A DNA stretch of 64,000 nucleotides from Octopus vulgaris (taxonomy: Eukaryota). Position 1 is the stretch's first letter. Every line of letters starts with the position of its first letter. The DNA lies in NCBI GenBank assembly GCA_951406725.2, contig OX597821.1:79298001-79362000 (forward strand). The letters run 5' to 3'. A program made the translations under genes and the position numbers. A model generated the notes under the pieces. The model searched no databases and was not told the DNA's origin. It was given only the letters and a program-made list of their open reading frames with translations. This document shows, one piece after another, positions 51,129 to 64,000 of this stretch.

Positions 51129-51550
51129 GGGATCTTTTCGGTTTGAACGGCAGTTTTTTCTAGCGGTGTCATATGAAATTGTCACCCATACTTATGACCC
51201 TAGTATCGATCTATTGCATTTCAATCTCTTTTAGGGTTAGCGTTAGGGTGGGGGAAGGGTATCTTTTTTTCTTCAGAAATGTAAAATAAACCCAATCTGT
51301 TTCTTAAACGAGGGACATATTCATACGGCACAGAATGCTTTTTTAACTCAATAGACGTCATTGATTGGTTGAACTTACAGAAATTGATGAAAACAAAACA
51401 AAACAACTATCTTACAAACTATAGAATTTTCTCAAGAAAGCCAAAAGAAAAAGATGTTTTATAAACACATTCTACCAGTATACGCAGTTTAAAATTTTTT
51501 AGTTACGAGGAAATTATTTTAAAAAACTGCCGTTCAAACCGAAAAGTTCC
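51129..51550. mobile_element. MITE with ~29 bp TIRs and 7-8 bp TSD, carrying TTAGGG-like units
   Basis: gggatcttttcggtttgaacggcagtttt / aaaactgccgttcaaaccgaaaagttcc; atcgact on both flanks. Confidence 0.8.
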
Positions 51551-51829
51551 ATCGACTGTTCTCTCTTTTTTCCCCCACTCCGGTTCTTATTGGCTTTCTC
51601 TCATAGTTCTTCACGTCTTTTAATTGGGTGGAGTGGGGGGGGGGGGCAGAAGACCATGTTTTGTTTTCAGGCACGTTTAATGTTTCCTCTACAAACTTCA
51701 GACAAGCCCCACCTCCCTTCCTATTTCCTTCATACAAAAACTAATGCAAATTCCGAACGGGATATAGCTGTGAAAAGACCCAAAAAAGATGGGTAATACC
51801 CACTAAAAATACGTGTGTGGAGATGGCAT

Positions 51830-52370
51830 AAGGCGGCGAGCTGGCAGAAACGTTAGCACACCGGGTGAAATGCTTAGCAGTATTTCGTCTGTCTATACGT
51901 TCTGAGTTCAAATTACGCCGAGGTCGACTTTGCCTTTGATCCTTTCGGGGTCGATAAATTAAGTACCAGTTACGCACTGGGGTCGATATAATCGACTTAA
52001 TCGATGTGTCTGTCCTTGTTTGTCCTCTCTGTGTTTAGCCCCTTGTAGATAGTAAAGAAATAGGGACATAGCTGTGAAAAGACCTCCAAAAGATAGGTAA
52101 TATCCACTAAAAATAGATGGGATAGATGTTATAAGGCGGCGAGCTGGCAGAAACGTTAGCACGCCGGGCGAAATGCGTAGCCGTATTTCGTCTGCTGCTA
52201 CGGTCTGAGTTCAAATTCCGCCGAGGTCGACTTTGCCTTTCATCCTTTCGAGGTCGATTAAATAAGTACCAGTTACGCACTGGGGTCAATATAATCAACT
52301 TAATCCTTTTGTCTGTCCTTGTTTGTCTGTCCCCTCTGTGTGTAGCCCCTTATGGGTAGTAAAGAAATAA
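51830..52370 (+). mobile_element. Two tandem SINE family 3 copies
   Basis: aaggcggcgagctggcagaaacgttagc at ~51830 and ~52134. Confidence 0.85.
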
Positions 52371-52406
52371 AAATGGGTTGGGTAGAAATGCTGCCAACAG
52401 ATGGTT

Positions 52407-52847
52407 GATCTTTACGTTTTGAACGGCAGTTTTTTCTAGCCGTGTCATATGAAATTGTCACCCATAATTATGACCCTAGTATCGATCTATTGCATTTCAA
52501 TCTCTTTTTAGGGTTAGGGTTAGTTAGGGTTAGGGTTAGGGTTAGCGTTAGGGGTGAGGGAAGGGTATCTTTTTCCTTCAGAAATGTAAATAAACCCTAT
52601 CTGTTTCTTAAACGAGAGACATATTCATACGGCACAGCATGTTTTCACCTCAATAGACGTCATTGATTGGTTGAAATTGCAGAAATTGAAGAAAAAACAA
52701 CAAATATCTTACAAACTATAGAGTTTTCTCCATAAAACCAAGAGAAAAAGATATTTTATAAACACATTCTACCAGTATACGAAGTTTAAATGTGTTTAGT
52801 TACGTGGAAATTATTTTAAAAATCTGCCATCAAACCGAAAAGATCCC
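52407..52847. mobile_element. Second copy of the TTAGGG-carrying MITE
   Basis: Homologous to 51129-51550; flanks agatggtt / agatagtt. Confidence 0.8.
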
Positions 52848-53099
52848 AGATAGTTGCTCGAAACTCAACTCCATACTTAGGCGAGTGTCTTCTACTATAG
52901 CCTCAGGCCGACCAAAATCTCGTGAGTGAATTTGGGATACGGAAACTGATGAGAATGACAATGAATAAATTAAATTTTAAATTTCATTTTTAGTTTTATT
53001 CTTAATTTTAATTTTTTATTTTCAGTTATAACTGAATTAGCTTCGTTGACTGACAGGTGACGGTCGTTTAGAGAGCGTGTGGGCTGAGACTACGCGCCT

Positions 53100-53210
53100 T
53101 CATTGGTCAGTTAAAGTTGAGACAGCGTCACGTGACAATTTGCTGGGGCTGCCTGCTGGAGCCTAGCGGCAGGTATTTAAAGGGAGATATTTGACAAGTC
53201 AGTCAGTCGT
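53100..53210 (+). promoter_or_regulatory. Compact Pol II promoter-like cassette, probably from an LTR or pseudo-LTR
   Basis: ATTGG 53102, gtCACGTGac 53127-53136, TATTTAAA 53174, TCAGTC initiator about 30 bp downstream. Confidence 0.45.
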
Positions 53211-53859
53211 CCGCTGACACTCGCTGACGCTACACCGAAGAGGCCAGGGAACAGAAGAAAAAAGAAGAAAGAAGACATGAACCCAACATCAGAGCTGGAG
53301 ACATCTCCGAAAGGGGGGGCGCCACGTCAAAACGGTAGAGGAGTAGGGGCCGAAACCGGACGTGGTTCCTCCTGATGATGTCTTGAGCTAACTGAATCCT
53401 ATAAAGTAGCTGTTGTGGTAGCAGACCACGAAACACGGTTGTAATTCCTTCCTATAATCACTATGATTTCATTTTTTCCTTATATTTTCACATAGTTTTT
53501 CGAAACGTACGTAAGTATTGAATCCAGTTTTATGATATAATCTATTTCTGTTTCAACAACTTTTCTCCATTTTCTTTTTACCCTTATTTATGGTATATTC
53601 TTATACCTCTTAATAGTGACTCGCTAAGAAACAAACAATGTTTTTGACTGAAATGTTTTATTTGAGTAATGAATTGAAAAAAAATAGCCTGATAAAAATA
53701 TAAAATTACAGTAATAGTCGATATTGATGTTGTTGTAGATGTTTAGATACCATATCTGCTGCGATTGAGGAGAACTGCTGAGAACAAAATGTAAGCATTC
53801 CATTTATGACCATCGCGTTTATTTTGTGGGTAACGTAGGAGTAGTAGGAACTGGCAGTC

Positions 53860-54048
53860 TTACTCTTGGTATGAATGATTTATTATCTGGGAGGGTAAAG
53901 TTCAGCTTCTCTCTTGGTATATTAAGGTTGCAAAAGTTCCCTTTAGCAGCGAACCCGAAGGGGCAATCACAATAGTGGAACCCGGGTCTGTTGATACATC
54001 TGTAAGGGAAAGGGCATCCACCATTGTTGCACCTACATTCGTTGATGT
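53860..54048 (-). CDS. Calcium-binding EGF exon, possibly the terminal coding exon
   Basis: ttcAG|ac atc aac gaa tgt: DINECRCNNGGCPFPYRCINRPGFHYCDCPFGFAAKGNFC...QE*; an alternative gtaaga donor overlaps the stop. Confidence 0.85.
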
Positions 54049-54082
54049 CTGAAATTAAGGAGAAATTAAATAAATAAAAGTA

Positions 54083-57676
<3,594 letters not shown>

Positions 57677-57992
57677 AGTTTGTACTTCTCCAGCAGTCTC
57701 AACTTGTGGTATTTTGCAGTGGTTTCAATCAGTAACTATACATAACTTGCCAATGTTGTGGTGATACGGCTTTCTGCATATTACTTGATGAATAAGGAAA
57801 AGTTTAGTAAAATGCCCAAACCTGACGCATAGAGAGGCGGCTCATGCAAACAGTAAATGCGATGTAGAAATAGTCGGGTATGAGATGGAAGTGAACACAA
57901 AATAAGATCAGATTGGAGCGTTGAATGTAGAGAAATAAATGGGTATAATAGAAAGCCCATTCAAGATTAGGTTACATAAACGTATGTTTAGT

Positions 57993-58295
57993 TGTTTGTT
58001 CCTTCTCGAGCCATGCGTGGCTCATAAGGGCCGGTTTCCCGGTTTCCTTGGCGTATAGGTTCCCCACCTGGATGGGACGCCGGTCCGTCACAGGTGAGCT
58101 GCAAGATGCAGGAGGAAAGAGTGGGAGAAAGTTGTAGCGAAAGAGTCAGCAGAAGGTTCGCCATTACCTTCTGCCGGAGTCGCGTGGAGCTTCGGTGTTT
58201 CGCTCATAAATACACACATCGTCCGGTCAGAGATTCAAACCCGCGATCCCTCGAACGTGAGTCCGCTGCTCTAACCACTAGACCATGTGCCTCCA
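57993..58295 (-). mobile_element. tRNA-derived SINE family 2
   Basis: Reverse complement of 6910-7198. Confidence 0.85.
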
Positions 58296-58503
58296 CATAA
58301 ACGTATGTCAGGAGGGAGAGATAATGGGGTTCAGGTTGAGGATATAGTGGATAACAACAGTGTTGAAATGGAGATAATCTAGTGGCGATGAGTTGTTTGT
58401 TAGAGACGGGGAATAAGTGAACCGAAGAATATGATGAAGGAAAAGTTAAGGGATAATAAGGCAGAGACTGTTCTGGAACGGGTAGAAAAGACAGTGTGTG
58501 CGC

Positions 58504-58622
58504 GCTTACAGCCATATCACGTTGAAAACACCGGTTCTCGCCTGATCACCGAAGTTAAGCAACGTCGACCCTAGTAAGTGCTTAGATGGGTGACCGCTTG
58601 GGAAACCTAGGTACTGTAAGCA
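58504..58622 (+). rRNA. 5S: 5S rRNA gene or pseudogene (solitary)
   Basis: 119 nt gcttacagccatatcacgttgaa...gatcaccgaagttaagc...gatgggtgaccg...ctgtaagca; helix I gcttacag/ctgtaagc intact. Confidence 0.92.
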
Positions 58623-58741
58623 TTTAAAAAGAGAATTTTTTAACGACAATGTGTGCGTGCGTGTCTTTGACGTGTGTGCGTGCGTGTGTGCGGGTATTTT
58701 TGTCTGCGAAATAACATTCTTCAATGAAATGATGAACTTAC

Positions 58742-58858
58742 CCACGCAGAAACGATTCCTAAATATTACATAACCCTTTCTACAGCTGCAAATGTAGGAT
58801 CCCGGAGTATTGGTACATATATGTTCACAGCGTCTTCTATATTTACACTCGTTGATAT
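58742..58858 (-). CDS. Calcium-binding EGF exon (117 bp, phase 1-1)
   Basis: AG|...|GTAAGT; DINECKYRRRCEHICTNTPGSYICSCRKGYVIFRNRFCV. Confidence 0.92.
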
Positions 58859-59082
58859 CTGTTAAATAAATAAATGTTTGTGAATGAGACTCAAAGTCAG
58901 CAGTTTACAACTATATGTCTTGACCTATAACATATCCACAATGACACAATTCCCTGCATACAATTAACTACAGCATATCCTGATGCTTAACAGGTTCACA
59001 CTGTCGCATTTAGCAACAGACAATTCAATACTATATGCCTGGTGTAGAGTAGGATCTTCTGTTTAATCAAACTCGTGGTGTA

Positions 59083-59660
59083 TAAGGCGGCGAGCTGGCA
59101 GAACCGTTAGCACGCCGGGAGAAATGCTTAGCAGTATTTCGTCTGCCGTTACGTTCTGAGTTCAAATTCCGCCGAGGTCGACTTTGCCTTTCATCCTTTT
59201 GGGGTCGATAAATAAAGTATCAGTTTCACACTGGGGTCGATATAATCAACTTAATCAACTTAATCCGTTTGTCTGTCCTTGTTTGTCCCCTCTATGTTTA
59301 GCTCCTTGTGGGTAGTAAAGAAATAGGCATTTCGTCTGACGTTACATTGTGAGTTCAAATTCCACCGAGGTCGACTTTGCCTTTCATCCTTTCGGGGTCG
59401 ATTAAATAAGTACCTGTTACGCACTGGGGTCGATATAATAGACTTAATCATTTTGTCTGTCCTTGTTTGTCCTCTCTGTGTTTCGTCTGCCGTTACGTTC
59501 TGAGATCAAATTCCAACCAGGTCGACTTTGCCTTTCATCCTTTCGGGGTCGATAAATTAAGTACCAGTTAGGCACTGGGGTCGATGTAATCGACTTAATC
59601 CGTTTGTCTGTTCTTGTTTGTCTCCTCTATGTTTAGCCCCTTGTGGGCAATAAAGAAACA
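59083..59660 (+). mobile_element. SINE family 3 with triplicated core
   Basis: Three gtcgactttgcctttcatccttt.ggggtcgat units. Confidence 0.85.
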
Positions 59661-59852
59661 ACAAACTTATGGTGTATTTGAAATAACAGATCTGGGCATC
59701 ACATTAGTTCGGTTGAATATACAAACCTTAGACCTGCTGGATCACTACATACCTAGGGTTAAATAACCATCAGAAACTGTGTGAAAAAATCAATGTAGGT
59801 TTGAAAGACTTTACTTTTGTTATTTTTGTTAAGGTTTTAGTGTTTTACTTAC

Positions 59853-59969
59853 CAACACATTGATTCTTTACATATCGGTAACCTCGTTTACATATACAAC
59901 GATAGGACCCGAGGACGTTGCGACATGTGGCCCCAGAACGACAAGGTTTGCGTAAACATTCGTTAATAT
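59853..59969 (-). CDS. Calcium-binding EGF exon (117 bp, phase 1-1)
   Basis: ttcAG|...|GTAAGT; DINECLRKPCRSGATCRNVLGSYRCICKRGYRYVKNQCV. Confidence 0.92.
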
Positions 59970-60077
59970 CTGAATTTTGAAAAAAAGAAAGAAATATTAT
60001 ACATATAAATATGGAACTGATATTATTTGTGTTATTACTGCTTTTGTTGTTGCTATTGGTGTTGTTATCCACTATAT

Positions 60078-60275
60078 CAGTGCTTTTCAATCTTTTTGCT
60101 CGAGCGGAACCCCAAGGAAACATTCCACTGGCTCGAGGAACCCCTGTGCAATAATTTAATAGTCTTATGCACACGTATCTGCACAGAATTAAAAATTACT
60201 GCCGATTTTAGCAGTTTTGTAACTTCTTGCGGAACCCCTAGACTGCACTGGCGGAACCCTGGTTGAAAACTACTG
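60078..60275. mobile_element. hAT-type MITE
   Basis: TIR cagtgcttttcaa / ttgaaaactactg; perfect 8 bp TSD cactatat. Confidence 0.85.
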
Positions 60276-60974
60276 CACTATATCCTCAAAACTAGCCCTT
60301 TTCTGCGGCTGTCTCCTAATCTTCCTACCTTCTCTCCTGATCATCCCTTAACTTTTCCTTCATCATATTCTTCGCTTCACTTATTCCCCGTCTCTAAACG
60401 TCTCTCGTTCTCTTGTACACACCCTTACAACCTTCAATCTCCCTATTTTTCCCATTCTCTTTTCTCTCACTCGCACATTAAGGGTCGGCACGAACAAACA
60501 ACTAACTCATCGCCACTAATTTATCTCCATTTCAAGTCCCACTCGATCGTTTCCACTCTATTCTAAAATACAGGTAGCCATATTTCTCCCTTACAAGCAG
60601 AATCCTATTATTTTCTGGCCCCTTTCGTTCATACTGAAATCCCTCATCTTCTCTTATAAAGCTGCCATCTGCTCCCTTCCTTTCTATTTGTCAAGTAAGC
60701 TGCGGCCTCACTAATGCTGATGAACGAAAGAGCACCCAATACACCCTGTTAAGTGGTTGGCGCTGGAAGAAAATCTAGACAAAAACTCTAGCAATGAAAA
60801 CAATGAAGTACGATGCAGTCGAGAGAGACCCGAGAGAGCATTCCTAACCGCCCAACCGATGCCTGCATGGAACATGGATATAAATTGCTATCAATATATA
60901 TTTTCTTCGAAATCGGCTACATGAAATGTGCCTGTATATGTATGCATGTATGTATGTATGTATGTATGTATCTA

Positions 60975-61390
60975 GGTATTTAGGCTCAAAAAGCAAAAAG
61001 CAAGGCCATGTAGGGGGACATGGAGTTATGTACAGGGTGGTGTTCATGTAAAGAGTTCAGGCCACTTGTGGTCAAGGGAGACTTTGAACCGAGTGGTCGT
61101 CGGCATCTTCACTATCTCGTCCGGCAGCTTATTCCACGGATCCGCAACCCGGACGGAGAAAGCCCCTCTCCTTCGATTGAGATGAAATCGTCGCAAATAG
61201 AGCTTTTCGGAGTGACCCCGCAGCCGACGCTCTGGAGCAGGAGTGAAGAACCGCTCTTTCGAGAGGTTACACTTTCCGCTTATGATGTTGTGAGCAAGAA
61301 TGAGATCACCACGGCGTCGTCGTTTTTCTAGAGAATAAATGTCGAGCGTCTTCAACCTTTCTTCATAAGACAAATGCTTGAGACCAAGCA
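60975..61390 (-). mobile_element. CR1-type LINE 3' fragment
   Basis: LSYEERLKTLDIYSLEKRRRRGDLI...RGHSEKL...WNKLP; (TACA)n tail. Confidence 0.85.
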
Positions 61391-61632
61391 TACTAATCAT
61401 ATCTGTCGGGCATCTGGAAGAGAGTGTAATTCGGTAGGAGGACTTAAACGACACGCAAACGTACATAAAGTTCAGTTACAACTACAGCCGGCTATTACCA
61501 GTAAAGGTCTTAGTTGCCAATTTTGTAAAAGACATTGTAGATCTTTAGTTGGGTTAAGTAACATTCGATCACAGCACCAATAACAATTAAGCTTCGTGCA
61601 ATGGCCATACTCGATAACGAGGGGGCAGCCAT
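61390..61632 (+). mobile_element. RTE-like LINE 3' fragment with C2H2-like fingers
   Basis: CRASGRECNSVGGLKRH, CQFCKRHCRSLVGL; tail shared with 21715-22245. Confidence 0.6.
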
Positions 61633-62309
61633 AATGTATGTAGGGAGGTAGGGAGGTATGTGTGCATGAGTATGTGTCTTTGTATATATGTATATTATAT
61701 TTGTACATATGTATGCATGCATGTATGTATACATGTTCGTATGTATGTACGTATGTATGAATGTATGTATGTATGCTAGCAAAATAATAATAATGCCATC
61801 AAAATGACACTGAGGTTAAATATACGAAGCCCAGTATACCCATCATGACTACCCATCTGATAAGGGTACACTAGGCACATGCATCACAAACATATGTGCG
61901 CGACATGGTGATCTCATATCAAGATAAACATGACCTTGCAGGTTGAGTCCAGTTAGAATTTTCTTCTGGTCAAGTAACCCATCCCGCTCAAAAGGTCCCT
62001 GAATAAGGGTTGTTTAAGGATGTTGAACGAAACCATTCATGTTTCCAGAATCCCTCTTAACACATGGCTATGATGCTCCCCCACTACTCCTGCTCATGAT
62101 CAGAGATGCACATATCATCAGCCATTAAGGGACATGCTCAACTGGTTAAGGTCAAGCAACTGACAAGCAAATCTGTGGTATTGAGCAGAATATTTGCTGT
62201 AACCCATCTTTTATACCAACACAAAACAATGTGCATGATAACACTTCCAATCAGTTAATATCAGAAGCCATGAGAGCCACTGCTTTGCACTGCATCAGGG
62301 AATTTATTC

Positions 62310-62865
<556 letters not shown>

Positions 62866-62869
<4 letters not shown>

Positions 62870-63817
62870 TAGTTTTATTTTTATAGCGTGCTTTCACTTC
62901 ACTACCGAGCGCAGCTCTGTGTGCCTTAGGTATGTGCTGTGATTTGTTGTGATGCTCTGATGGTTATTGTATGGAAAGTGTTCTGCGTAGGATGTGTGCA
63001 GTGCCTAGTAGTGTAATTTTCTGTATGTTATATGTGTTTGTAAGTTTTGGTGTTTTTGTTATGTATTTGTCTGAATATTTTTTTATCATGCCTAATGCAC
63101 CGACTATGATAGGAATTGTTTCTGTTTTTAGATTCAACATTCTGGTTACCTCTATTTCCAGGTCTTTGTATTTTGAGAGTTTCTCCATTTCTTTTAGAGA
63201 CACATTGTCATCTGCCGGTATTGATACATCAATTAGAAAGCATTTTTTTTCTTCATGATCTCTTTCAACTATATCTGGTCTGTTGACCTTAATTTCTCTA
63301 TCTGTGTGTATCGGCATATCCCAGTGTATGGTTGCCTTATCGTTTTCTGTGACCTTTTCTGGTGTGTGCCTATACCATCTTTTTTCTGTTGTTATTCCAT
63401 AATGTTGGCATAGCTTCCAGTGTATGTAGGTTCCAACTCTGTCATGTCTGTGAATATATTCCTTCATAGCCAGGACTGGGCAGCTAGAGATAATATGATT
63501 TATTGTTTCTTGTCCATCTCCACATATTCTGCAGTTACTTGTTATATTTCTTTTCATTACATGTTTTTGGTAATTTCTAGTGGAGAGGCTTTGATCTTGT
63601 GCTGCAATTAAAAATCTCTCTGACTCTGCTTTGAGTCCTGAGCTTCTCAACCATTGCTGGGATTTTTCTTTGTCTATTTCTTTTGCATTTAGTTTAGTCC
63701 AGTATTTACCATGAAGGGACTTTTCTTGCCATCGTTTTATCATGGTTCGTTGCTGTTCTATTTTTAGTTTGGATTTCATTTGTTTTATAGCTTTTGTTGT
63801 TTCTTCATCTTCTTCTT

Positions 63818-63848
<31 letters not shown>

Positions 63849-64000
63849 TTCTTCTTCTTCTTCTTCTTCTTCTTCTTCATATTTATTAGGTGGTATGATT
63901 TCTTGTTTGTATTTGTCAGCTTCCTTAAATACTGAGAACAGTTTTTTGTTTTGCTCGTGCTTTGCCGTTATTTGTATCAGTTTTCTTTCCTTCTGAAGTA
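62866..64000 (-). mobile_element. Dong/R4-like RLE LINE 3' region, extending beyond the window
   Basis: CCHC and PD..D restriction-like endonuclease; ends directly in (TAA)n. Confidence 0.88.
62964..63779 (-). CDS. RLE LINE ORF C-terminus (zinc knuckle + restriction-like endonuclease)
   Basis: CRICGDGQETINHIISSC, RHD, RPDIV...FLIDVSIP...EKLSKYKDL. Confidence 0.9.
   Translation of the reverse strand: MKSKLKIEQQRTMIKRWQEKSLHGKYWTKLNAKEIDKEKSQQWLRSSGLKAESERFLIAAQDQSLSTRNYQKHVMKRNITSNCRICGDGQETINHIISSCPVLAMKEYIHRHDRVGTYIHWKLCQHYGITTEKRWYRHTPEKVTENDKATIHWDMPIHTDREIKVNRPDIVERDHEEKKCFLIDVSIPADDNVSLKEMEKLSKYKDLEIEVTRMLNLKTETIPIIVGALGMIKKYSDKYITKTPKLTNTYNIQKITLLGTAHILRRTLSIQ

Noticed and set aside
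52947-52965. ctgatga after a SINE fragment (similar case at 60717)
   Set aside because: No stems or correctly placed GAAA; chance match

Overview
AT-rich, microsatellite-saturated animal DNA; the SINE families and repeat landscape resemble a coleoid cephalopod such as Octopus (inferred, not checked against a database). The only clear host gene is represented by three phase-1 calcium-binding EGF exons on the minus strand (59969-59853, 58858-58742, 54048-53860), with a solitary 5S rRNA copy in one intron. The rest is mobile DNA: three CR1/L2-type LINEs in (TA)n tracts (two with an unusual Myb/trihelix + CCCH ORF1), Tx1/L1-like remnants, a Penelope-like element (GIY-YIG), Dong/R4-like RLE LINEs in (TAA)n, many SINEs, MITEs, a tandem non-autonomous Helitron, and a near-identical 2.6 kb duplication. 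The most striking unannotated signal is about 14 type I hammerhead ribozyme motifs from about 7 unrelated non-coding sequence families, mostly in short elements bounded by (TA)n. One family appears as ~560 nt monomers with different circular permutations and inversions, as expected for retrozymes copied from circular or multimeric RNA, plausibly by Penelope-type RT. Structures were folded by eye; activity and novelty are untested.
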